Assembly (NCBI GenBank): GCA_023136735.1
Contig: JAGLQQ010000048.1
Location: 1-34,401, forward strand
DNA from: Candidatus Omnitrophota bacterium
Lineage (GTDB): Bacteria; Omnitrophota; Gorgyraeia; B26-G9
Reading direction: 5' to 3'
Length of the DNA: 34,401 bases
The notes beneath the pieces were generated by a model that made no database searches, was not told where the DNA came from, and saw only the letters and a list, made by a program, of their open reading frames with translations. Of this stretch, positions 17,001 through 24,196 are shown piece after piece. The position numbers were made by a program, and so were the translations under genes. Numbering within the stretch: the stretch's first letter is position 1; each line of letters begins with the position of its first letter.

Positions 17001-17369
17001 CGTAACTTTATACTCAACCTTGATAAATGAAAGCCGCCAATCCGCAATGGCTTCTGTATAAAAGGCCACTAAAGCCGCATCTTTGACATTATCCTTTAAA
17101 TATTTAGCAATTAAATTACGCTGAAACGAGCGGGCTCTTTCTACTTTCGTTGTGGTAGGTAATTTGACGACCAAAACATCTATTCTCTCATTTCGTTCGT
17201 CAGTATATTCTGCCAGAAAAGTAATATTGGTGATATGTTCATCATTCCCTGAAGGAATAGCAATAGGAGCGGGGATAAGCTCAATCTCGTTAAATAAGTT
17301 TTTAATAAAAGTCTCAAATCGAGACTGATCAAAGCAATGCTCAAATGTTCTCGCAATTAACTCTTTCAT
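14016..17369 (-). CDS. Gamma-class N6-adenine DNA methyltransferase, Eco57I/PglX-like, with its own C-terminal target-recognition region
   Basis: 1117 aa. Motif I ICDPACGSGAFLVGML, then YGVDIDPGAVDIAKLRLWLSL and GNSLLE, a Lys-rich coiled-coil insert, and motif IV FDIVIANPPYGAK. The order I then IV indicates the gamma class. C-terminal YILGLLNSKFVSWYTYKF resembles TaqI_C-type specificity domains. Confidence 0.88.
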   Translation of the reverse strand: MKELIARTFEHCFDQSRFETFIKNLFNEIELIPAPIAIPSGNDEHITNITFLAEYTDERNERIDVLVVKLPTTTKVERARSFQRNLIAKYLKDNVKDAALVAFYTEAIADWRLSFIKVEYKVTDKGVKVEAGTPPKRFSFLVGEGEPSHTAQTQLFPILKEQKTNPCVFDIEDAFGVEKVTKEFYDNYRQLYDRLTNNLQKNHAFQVIVSKQHIVIEDFAKKLLGQIVFLYFLQKKGWIGVPSGKNWGHGDKFFLQTIFKKAKEKKENFHNNYLEPLFYDTLNNSRRDEVDPSYSRLFECKIPFLNGGLFDPEYDWRNTFVNLNDDIFEDILAVFDLYNFTVKEDEPLEKEVAVDPEMLGKVFENLLPENLRKGRGAYYTPREIVHYMCQESLVSCLETVTSIDNNKLRRLIAYKDTDRTSTQDFILSKNEAEKIEQALIDLKICDPACGSGAFLVGMLNEVVGIRRAISKTLELKKGKSEHQLKTETIQNCIYGVDIDPGAVDIAKLRLWLSLVVDYELKDVEPLPNLDYKIMCGNSLLEELVVGDESIQLFDPKLLGKVSHQNDLTEKKRGELKKQLSAKQKEFFKVHTKGKLTSEKQKELKEEIIEINKLLNPPKKRAKTANNLMQPTWFKEDAQEHLKALRELHLQYFREYAPESKKQIRNQIEKIELEFIKHSVQKRVNDIDVRIKNLNMQLPDHRKQQAELMKKKLEFLAIPNEIHRSKVRPYFLWKLNFFEVFKDKGGFDIVIANPPYGAKIEKEQLKYIFSYVVDTQNNNSAALFIDYGKNRFLNKKGTLSYIVPKSLLYSEKWVSLVEALLPHSLSLVDVEKAFEKVKLEQIVFVYGRDIKRNSYVAQKFLDNAFIRKIIIPQKAVAITKAWICDVTKNELDIFLKLRVPHKLMREISETHRGVALQKYLKDKGKHKIIGGKNIFRYGLNGIKGFLTEIELEKKKKKVAFMSQKKIISQDLIAHIQNPNPHIKIMSALDEEGIIYSVDTVQNTVIHDRDYDYKYILGLLNSKFVSWYTYKFIYCSAIRTMHFDNHYIGKIPIPKLDSITQKKFIIEVDKMIDLRVKTSFTCNDRKQKQIKLQECKIDDFVFDLYELTTEERKLVLDKT

Positions 17370-20300
17370 TCAATATTACCCTTTACAAGATATTCTGATA
17401 AAATAACTTCTCTCGGACTATTACCATAAAACTGATCGCCATGTGATATGTTTGAAAAATAACTTTCCGGGATCCCATGTTTAAATTTAAAAAGGATCTT
17501 TAATGGATTGCTTTCGCCTTTAATTTTTTTAACCAAGACCTTAGTTGTTTGCTTTGAAAGAGAGCCTTCCTGCAAAAGCCTTAACACACGCGCAAGATAT
17601 TCTTCGTCATCTTCGGTTAATTTAGGAAACTTTTGAATTGCCTTTATCGTACGAATTAAAGTGGTTTCATTACTTCGGCCGCCGCTTTGCTTAAATTCCC
17701 GAATTTCTTCTGTTGTTGACATACGAAAAGCTTCTTTATTTGCTTCTAATGCCGCATAAAACTCTTTTTCTATCTTCTGCCGTTTTTCCTTTGTTTTACA
17801 TCTAAGCTGTTTGGCTGCCGTAAAAAAGTCTAATTCTCCAACCTTACCACCAGCAGTTTTAAACATCTTTCGAAGTTTGCCCTTTCTGAAAAAGGTAATA
17901 ACACCTGTTAAATCACTTACTTTTGAACTTCTTGCTTTCTTGGGCAGTTTTTTTATTAGCGTATACAAATCCTCTTTTTTATCCCGAATATCCCGAATTT
18001 CAGAAAGATACTCTAATTCTGAATCTTCTTCCTCCGCGCCTTTTTCAAGAGTATCTTTTGAATTTATGCGTGAAAAAAGCTCATGAGTAGTAATCTCTTC
18101 GCCTTCTGTTAAATACTGCGAATCTTCGCCTAAAGTGTCATGGAACGCCTGTATTTTTGCTATAGCGGCTTCTTCCAGCTTTATCTCATTGTTTGCCTGG
18201 ACTGTTGGGAAAAAGTTATATATGTGAAGGTTGCTATAAGCTGTGCCGATACGATTGATACGGCCAACACGCTGAAGGAGCCGGGTCGGATTCCAGGGGA
18301 TATCATAATTAATAACAACATTTGACCGATGTAAATTTACACCTTCAGCCAAGACATCCGTTGTTACCAATATATTTATATCGTCTTTTTGCTTGCCATA
18401 ATTTGGATCATAGTTTTCAATGACTCTTTGCCTGAGCTCCGCGGCTGACTGCCCGGAAAAAGCAAAAACACGGTCTCCATAAGTTGATTTTAGGCTCTTT
18501 TTTAAATAATCAGCGGTCTCTTTTGATTCCGTAAAGACGATTAACTTGCTGTTTTTTAGAATCTTATCTGAACGCAATATTTCCTTAAACTTGTCTATTT
18601 TGGGATCTGTATCGATAGAATTCCATAACGCGGCTATTTCATTCAGAATATCAAGATCAGCTATTAGATCTTTCTTAAATTCGTCTGTAAAGTCTTTTGC
18701 AGCATAATTCGGAACGCCCTTTTCGTTTACCAAATAATCCAGCAATTCCTGATCGTCATTACGTAACGCTTCTTGAATTTTATCATTATATTTTTTATCA
18801 ATATAAACCTTCCCATTATCGATCATATTTATAAACTCTACATAGGAATGAACAAAACGTCCTAGTGTCTTCTTAAACGCAAAAAAACTACTCTCAAGCC
18901 GCTTTACTAAAAGAATTTTCATAAATCGGCCTAAGTTACGCTGTCCGATAATTTCTTGTTTTTCTTCCGGAGAAAGATTTTTTAAATATGTAAGAGGCAT
19001 ATAACGTGTATATTGAAATACCCTTATAAGCTCGATTGTACGCAAAAATACCTTTTCCAGCTTAGTGTCAAACTCATAATATACCCGATTAGGTTCTGCC
19101 AGGTCAGGGAATTTAAGTTTACGCTGTTTTAAGTCTTTCTGGAAGTATTTAAGAATCTCTGTTCGTGTTCGGCGAACCATTAAATACTTTAAAATATGCT
19201 CGCGGATTAGTTTTGAATTCTCTTTTATGACCCGAATGTATTTTTTGAGATCCTTACGATCAACCGCCCTTTGTTTCTTGATCAGTTCCTTGAAAAATTT
19301 TTCAAGATCACGGATATTCGGGATAGTGCTACTGTGTGTGTTCTGGAAAAGTTTTATCTGACTTAAAATGTCGTTTGGTGTATTATTAAGCGGTGTCGCT
19401 GAAACTAAAATAACTCTTTTCCCCCAACAAATCTGTTTAAGTTTTTCATACGTCTGCGTAGTTTCATTACGAAAGCGATGAGCTTCATCAATAAATACAT
19501 TGCGATATTTTTCGGGTTTATCCAGCAGATTATCAAGCTTACCTAAAGATTCAACATCAAAACCCCTAACTCCAAAGTCCCGGAAGGTATCATGCCAGTA
19601 ATCTTTTAAAACCGGTGGACATATAACCAGGGTGTATCCATCTAACTGCTGGGCCAGCAATGCTGAGATATATGTTTTTCCCAAACCAACAACATCAGCA
19701 AGAAATACTCCGCCATAATCACCGATCTTTGTCATTGCATCTTTTACAGCTTCATCCTGATATTCCAACTCCATAAACCCTTCCGGCAAAAACCGGCGAT
19801 CTTTATAAATGGAATCCATATCCTCATTTATTTTTTCTTTAAAATATTCATAAAGAAACTTTAGATATAACTCATAGGGTGAAATGGTATCATTAAGCCA
19901 TGTACGCTGATTAATGGTTTCAATATACTTCTCGGAAATATCTACTGAGTCTTTCCATAAATCCTCAAAACGCGCAAGCGCATACTTAACATCCCGGCTG
20001 TCTTTTAACTCAACATTAAATTCGAGGTTCTCATGCAATCCAGAATATGAAAAGTTGCTTGACCCTGTAATAATCCTTCCATAGTCTTCGCTTTTAGCCG
20101 TATCTTTGCGGATAATATATACCTTAGCGTGGATCGTCTGAGTAGGATACGCTCTGATCTCAAGTTTGCCGTTCCGGATAAAGTCTATAAATTTATGGAC
20201 ACCTTCTTCGACATTATAGTTGTCTTCGGAAGCTTCCATTTCCTGCGCAACCTGATCGGCAAACTCTTTCTGAGTCTCTTTATGTGAAAATCTTAACGTT

Positions 20301-20542
20301 AACTGTTTATCTTTTGCCTGTGTAATAAGATCATGTGCTTTTCTATCTAAATTTATTCCCACTAAAATACGAATTTTTTCAACCTTCTCTAATGATTTAT
20401 AAAGGTGGCAAAAGCCGCTTGTCCTAAAGTAGCCAACTAATATATCAAAAAACTGCGTGTTGTTCTCTAAGGTTATCTTGAAACGGTCAAGCAGCGTAGC
20501 CCCTTTTTCATTAGTAAAAAAAGTTAAATCTGTATTCATCAT
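17366..20542 (-). CDS. PLD(HKD)-nuclease domain fused to an SNF2-family helicase; candidate restriction/motor subunit
   Basis: 1058 aa. N-terminal HKD motif TIHAKVYIIRKD...GSSNFSYSGL. SNF2 motifs LADVVGLGKTYISALLA, VFIDEAHRFRN, LVSATPLNNTPNDILSQI, LVTTDVLAEGVNLHRSNVVINYDIPWNPTRLLQRVGRINRIG. ATGA overlap with the MTase start (17366-17369). Confidence 0.88.
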   Translation of the reverse strand: MMNTDLTFFTNEKGATLLDRFKITLENNTQFFDILVGYFRTSGFCHLYKSLEKVEKIRILVGINLDRKAHDLITQAKDKQLTLRFSHKETQKEFADQVAQEMEASEDNYNVEEGVHKFIDFIRNGKLEIRAYPTQTIHAKVYIIRKDTAKSEDYGRIITGSSNFSYSGLHENLEFNVELKDSRDVKYALARFEDLWKDSVDISEKYIETINQRTWLNDTISPYELYLKFLYEYFKEKINEDMDSIYKDRRFLPEGFMELEYQDEAVKDAMTKIGDYGGVFLADVVGLGKTYISALLAQQLDGYTLVICPPVLKDYWHDTFRDFGVRGFDVESLGKLDNLLDKPEKYRNVFIDEAHRFRNETTQTYEKLKQICWGKRVILVSATPLNNTPNDILSQIKLFQNTHSSTIPNIRDLEKFFKELIKKQRAVDRKDLKKYIRVIKENSKLIREHILKYLMVRRTRTEILKYFQKDLKQRKLKFPDLAEPNRVYYEFDTKLEKVFLRTIELIRVFQYTRYMPLTYLKNLSPEEKQEIIGQRNLGRFMKILLVKRLESSFFAFKKTLGRFVHSYVEFINMIDNGKVYIDKKYNDKIQEALRNDDQELLDYLVNEKGVPNYAAKDFTDEFKKDLIADLDILNEIAALWNSIDTDPKIDKFKEILRSDKILKNSKLIVFTESKETADYLKKSLKSTYGDRVFAFSGQSAAELRQRVIENYDPNYGKQKDDINILVTTDVLAEGVNLHRSNVVINYDIPWNPTRLLQRVGRINRIGTAYSNLHIYNFFPTVQANNEIKLEEAAIAKIQAFHDTLGEDSQYLTEGEEITTHELFSRINSKDTLEKGAEEEDSELEYLSEIRDIRDKKEDLYTLIKKLPKKARSSKVSDLTGVITFFRKGKLRKMFKTAGGKVGELDFFTAAKQLRCKTKEKRQKIEKEFYAALEANKEAFRMSTTEEIREFKQSGGRSNETTLIRTIKAIQKFPKLTEDDEEYLARVLRLLQEGSLSKQTTKVLVKKIKGESNPLKILFKFKHGIPESYFSNISHGDQFYGNSPREVILSEYLVKGNIE

Positions 20543-20558
20543 TTCCTTGCTTTCTATT

Positions 20559-20759
20559 TTAAATTTGCCTTCCCACTAACTTATCAATCGTAACCTTAAA
20601 CGCATCTGCTAGTTTTATTATTGTCTCAAGCGTAGGATTCTTGTTAAGGCCGGATTCCATTTTAATTAACGTGCTGTATGTGATTCCGACTTTTTGGGCG
20701 AGTTTTTCTTGTGATAAATTCTGTTTTTTTCTTAATTTTTTTATGTTTTTTGAAAGCAT
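20559..20759 (-). CDS. XRE-family HTH regulator in a C(controller)-protein-like position, first gene of the defence operon
   Basis: 66 aa. KKLRKKQNLSQEKLAQKVGITYSTLIKMESG (HTH_3 type). AGGAGAG RBS. Only 16 nt, containing an AAGGAA RBS, separate it from the PLD-SNF2 gene. Confidence 0.85.
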   Translation of the reverse strand: MLSKNIKKLRKKQNLSQEKLAQKVGITYSTLIKMESGLNKNPTLETIIKLADAFKVTIDKLVGRQI

Positions 20760-20815
20760 AAACTCTCCTATTTTTTCTTAACCCATTCGCCACAGACTTT
20801 GTCCTTGCCCGGAAG

Positions 20816-20833
20816 CTATAGGAATTACTATAG
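20816..20833. promoter_or_regulatory. Palindromic operator-like site CTATAG-GAATTA-CTATAG upstream of the XRE gene
   Basis: 57-74 nt upstream of the ATG at 20759. Same 6-N6-6 architecture as 3689-3706. Followed in mRNA sense by CTTCCGGGCAAGG, related to the CCGGGCACA boxes. Confidence 0.4.
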
Positions 20834-21087
20834 ATTTTTCTTGACAGGCTATTAATATATTGCTTTTAATATAATATATTATGCCCACGCTATTTTAATA
20901 TCAAGCATAAAATATGGATTTAAAAATATTTTTCTTCTTCCCTAGATCTTGTTATATCTCATTCATCAAAACAATAACATCAACCCGGATATTCCAATTT
21001 TTTCTTTAAGCTTATTCATATCCTTTAGCAATTTCAATCAATGCGTTGAGTATTGCCACGGCAACGGCACTGCCTCCCCGGCTTTCC

Positions 21088-21687
21088 TCATCGCAAGCAC
21101 AGCCCTGGGGACATTACCGGGATTAGACTCTTTTTTGTCTTTATCAAAAACACATAATGTGACCAGCTCAAAGTAAAAGCAGGGTTCTTCAATTGGCCAG
21201 ACGCTGTCTGGCTTTTTTGTTTTTTAGTCAATCGCGCAGACGCCATCTGCGTTTTTCTCAATTGCCCAGACACTGTCTGGGTAATTGAAGGTTGATGAGA
21301 ATACACTAAATAAAACCTTCTCATATATTCTAAATTTCTCTTGGAAAATCCTCCCCCAAATTCTTTAATCAATTTAGCAGATAAAGATTTTATCAAAGCA
21401 TCACCATAATCAGCTTTTTCCTTCCCTTGCTGTTCACGCTCAACAATACGCCTGCCAATTTCAAAATTGGACATCTCTTGAAATGTTTTAAATTTCTTAA
21501 TTACTTTTCGTGCCAAATCAACAGCGCTAACTCCCCACGTGCCGGTACGAAAAAGAATAGCCAAAAGCTCAGAATCGCTTAAAGCCCCCGCGCCTTTTTT
21601 GAGCAGCTTCTCCCTCGGCCTATCACCTTCAGGCCAATTTTTTATGGCTCTTTCGTAAACTTTCTTTTGTTTTACGCTTGTTGGCAT
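21088..21687 (-). pseudogene. Chimeric gene remnant: RadC N-terminal (HhH) segment fused to a DUF1016/YhcG-type N-terminal segment, truncated
   Basis: [49 protein letters not shown] is RadC-N-like, but no JAB/MPN domain follows. [51 protein letters not shown]...QTVSGQL...SWSHYVFL is DUF1016-N-like, but the nuclease half is absent. A further out-of-frame fragment (..SRGGSAVAVAILNALIEIAKGYE*) lies at 21012-21113. Confidence 0.6.
21196..21225 (+). terminator. Intrinsic-terminator-like hairpin on the plus strand, inside the pseudogene
   Basis: GCCAGAC-GCT-GTCTGGC followed by TTTTTTGTTTTTT. It could end a short plus-strand transcript diverging from the XRE promoter region (TTGACA at 20841-20846). 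No coding partner is evident. Confidence 0.3.
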
Positions 21688-21860
21688 TACTTGTTTGTCC
21701 TTGCCTTAATAAACTCCTCTAAATCCTCCGGCTTTATTCTCCACTGCCCTATCTTCGTCGCGCGAATTTGTTTTTCACGAATAAGCTCACGAATCCTATA
21801 TTCTGTAAGCCCTATTTGTTTAGCGATTTGCTCGACGGTTAAATAATCTTTAAAAGACAT
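21687..21860 (-). CDS. Excisionase/MerR-type helix-turn-helix DNA-binding protein (not in the ORF track)
   Basis: Hand translation: [57 protein letters not shown] (57 aa). This fits the excisionase-family HTH pattern (LT..e.A..lg.s...i..l....ki.a.kiG..wri...dLeefi). Its TAATG stop overlaps the pseudogene ATG. Confidence 0.65.
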   Translation of the reverse strand: MSFKDYLTVEQIAKQIGLTEYRIRELIREKQIRATKIGQWRIKPEDLEEFIKARTNK

Positions 21861-22007
21861 AATAAAAACCTCACTTCACATTAGCTAATATAATTTCACA
21901 TTATACCACATTTAAAATGGAATCAATAAAATTCTATACGGCAAGCTCTTCATTAGCTTGAGGAATTAACTATCTGAGATTAAGGCAGATCTAATGCAGA
22001 GAATCGT

Positions 22008-22547
22008 TTAAGGTATGACTATTTTAGATATTAACAAATCACATCTATTAATCTTAGATTGGGTCGATTTCGGCCCCATGTCAAAAGCAGCTATTTGCAT
22101 AATAATATGGGAATCCTCTATAAGATGCATAAACAGAATAATCTTTTCCATATCACCTTCACAAGAAACATTAACCTTGAATTTTTTAACTAAGCCTTCT
22201 TCCTGTATGCCTGAAGGCTTCAAATCATTAAGATAAATAGCCGAACGGGTAGCTAAACGCTCAATCTCCCTTAATAATGTAGCTGTCTCCTCTTCGTCTG
22301 TTTTCGCAAGAATTGAATATTTAGCATATCTCTTTTCTTCTTCCTCAATCCTGGCTCTTTGCTGCAGAATCTTGCTATTTTTCAGCATATCATACTCTGC
22401 GGCTTTAATCTCCTGTGAATATACCTTCATTTTTTTTAAAATAGGGCTCAAGATCACTCTATCCGCAAAAGAAAAACTGACAAATACTATAGCTGCAAAA
22501 AACACTGCCTTTTCTCTTTTTGAAAATCTGGAGATGATATTTTTCAT
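22008..22547 (-). CDS. PilO/GspM-like bitopic pilus alignment protein
   Basis: 179 aa. N-terminal TM segment (AVFFAAIVFVSFSF), a coiled-coil region, then a ferredoxin-like tail (KKFKVNVSCEGDMEKIILFMHLIEDSHIIMQIAAFDM). Located directly after the PilM-PilN gene. Confidence 0.55.
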   Translation of the reverse strand: MKNIISRFSKREKAVFFAAIVFVSFSFADRVILSPILKKMKVYSQEIKAAEYDMLKNSKILQQRARIEEEEKRYAKYSILAKTDEEETATLLREIERLATRSAIYLNDLKPSGIQEEGLVKKFKVNVSCEGDMEKIILFMHLIEDSHIIMQIAAFDMGPKSTQSKINRCDLLISKIVIP

Positions 22548-22571
22548 AAACTTCCTTTTATCTGAGCCCTG

Positions 22572-24026
22572 CTAATTAATTTCAAGTCCTGTGTCTAAAA
22601 CACAGAAAATCCCAAAATCAGCCCAGTCCTTGCCGCCTTGTTTTCTTGAAGTAGTATAATTTGTTTGAACACTGGAAAAATAATCGCTTGCCTCAAGCGC
22701 GCTAACAAAAGAAAATACGGTTGACATCGCTCTTCCTGTTCCTTTTAAGTTCAGATTTCTTTGCGTATCCATTTTGATGCTGGTAAGCATGATATTTTCC
22801 GGAACTATATCGTATAAAGCCGCAATTACCTGCAAAGCATATCCGCGATTCTTAAGATAATGCTTAATAATTCTGATCCTTTCCATATTTCTTTCTAATA
22901 TTTTTGCCTCTGCGTGAATTGTTTCATTATATTCTTTTAGCTTTTTAAAATAAGCACCCTCGAAATAAGTTTTGCTGATAAAAAAACTACCGACCAAAAA
23001 CATAATAATCATAAAATTAACAGTCAGCTTTACTAGCTGGCGAGTACGCTCTTCAAAAACACGTTTTAATTTTATTTCCTCAGGAATAAGGCTTACTTTT
23101 AAAGATTGTAAGATTAAGAATACAGATGTTATATTCAAGAAGGATATATTCTGCACCAGTGCCTCAACCGGCTTACAATTGGTGTACAGCGGCAGACAGT
23201 CAAAATAAGCAATATTTTGAATCGTAACCTGCACTGTTGCCGTAAGCATTGCTTTTAATTCTCTAACATGATCAATCGCGCCAGTTACGGTTATGACCTG
23301 AGGGGCTGCATCTATATCTTCAGACTGATATGTTTCAATAGAGCTTTTTATCTCTTCGACGAATTTTGTCCCAGCCTTGGCTTTATCTTCAGTAAAATGT
23401 TTAACTCCGATCGGAATACTGCGTGTAAAAATAGGTATGCCTCGTAAGGATATAATGAAATCAGTAAAATTTTCATCAACATGCACAATCCCCACAGGCA
23501 CATTCTGCAATTCCTTAGCTTGATACTCCAAACATATTTGTGTTATTCCCTCCGGAGCAAAGACCATGTCCTGCACCTTAAGTCCAGCTTTTTCAATAAT
23601 ATCAAACTGCCTTTTGATGGCATCACGGGCTACGATCACAAGCAGTATTTTCGTGTAACTTCGTCTATAAACGCCAATATTGATATAATCAACAATTATT
23701 TCTTCACGCGAATAAGCGGTCTGCCTGCCGGATTGTAAATCCACTATTTCCTTTATCTCTTTGGCATCAAGCGAAGGGATTTCCAGGTTTTTTGTAATCG
23801 TCAGATGAAGCGGTATAACATTAACGATAAAAGGATTTTTTATTTTTAATTCTTTTACAACCTTGACCACCAACTGCGAGATGTCTTCTTCCTTCATCCC
23901 CTCAGTTGAATAATGCGCCAGCTTAACAAATTCCCTTTTTCCGCCTGAATTCCTCAGGCAGGAAATCAGCAATTTGTCTTCACTAAGATCTATTCCTACA
24001 ATATCTTTATTCTTTGGTAATTCCAT
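22572..24026 (-). CDS. PilM-PilN fusion (GspL-like): actin-like ATPase domain, TM segment and PilN-like periplasmic domain
   Basis: 484 aa. N-terminus IVGIDLSEDKLLISCL (PilM-type start). TM LVKLTVNFMIIMFLVGSFFI near residue 340. C-terminus PENIMLTSIKMDTQRNLNLKGTGRAMSTVFSFVSALEASDYF is PilN-like. Confidence 0.65.
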   Translation of the reverse strand: MELPKNKDIVGIDLSEDKLLISCLRNSGGKREFVKLAHYSTEGMKEEDISQLVVKVVKELKIKNPFIVNVIPLHLTITKNLEIPSLDAKEIKEIVDLQSGRQTAYSREEIIVDYINIGVYRRSYTKILLVIVARDAIKRQFDIIEKAGLKVQDMVFAPEGITQICLEYQAKELQNVPVGIVHVDENFTDFIISLRGIPIFTRSIPIGVKHFTEDKAKAGTKFVEEIKSSIETYQSEDIDAAPQVITVTGAIDHVRELKAMLTATVQVTIQNIAYFDCLPLYTNCKPVEALVQNISFLNITSVFLILQSLKVSLIPEEIKLKRVFEERTRQLVKLTVNFMIIMFLVGSFFISKTYFEGAYFKKLKEYNETIHAEAKILERNMERIRIIKHYLKNRGYALQVIAALYDIVPENIMLTSIKMDTQRNLNLKGTGRAMSTVFSFVSALEASDYFSSVQTNYTTSRKQGGKDWADFGIFCVLDTGLEIN

Positions 24027-24061
24027 TTTTACTTTTCCGTTATGTCTTTTGTATTATGGCG

Positions 24062-24167
24062 CTGTTGAAAAATGTACAGATGTACCCCCCGGGGCACAAG
24101 CAAGGCAACCGCAACAAATGCCAAGGCGTACTTGTCGTACGCCGCACAAATAAGAGGGCGAATAACG
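24062..24167 (+). repeat. Intergenic repeat family 2, copy P (inverted partner at 1-89)
   Basis: See 1-89. It also contains CCCCGGGG and a CCGGGGCACAAGCAAGGCA box related to 1693-1712 and 3663-3682. Confidence 0.8.
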
Positions 24168-24196
24168 CCGCAGATACGCGTTTTGCAGCAGTTCCA

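Noticed and set aside
12509-20759. Calling the operon DISARM or BREX
   Set aside because: The DrmA (DUF1998-partner helicase) and DrmB hallmarks of DISARM are absent. The PglZ, BrxC and BrxL hallmarks of BREX are also absent. Only individual domains (SNF2, PLD, PglX-like MTase) are shared.
21230-21285. Additional CAGAC-N3/4-(G/A)TCTG hairpins (21236-21252, 21264-21280) as terminators
   Set aside because: They correspond to the repeated QT.SGQ peptide motif of the DUF1016-type N-terminal region and lack a following T-run. Only the first hairpin (21196-21225) has a terminator-like T tract, and it is listed with low confidence.
1-24167. The inverted family-2 repeats as termini of a 24-kb composite transposon or invertible segment
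   Set aside because: No transposase or invertase is present. The bracketed segment includes housekeeping pgk and tpiA and the pilus operons. The repeats are short, internally variable and more consistent with a dispersed intergenic element.
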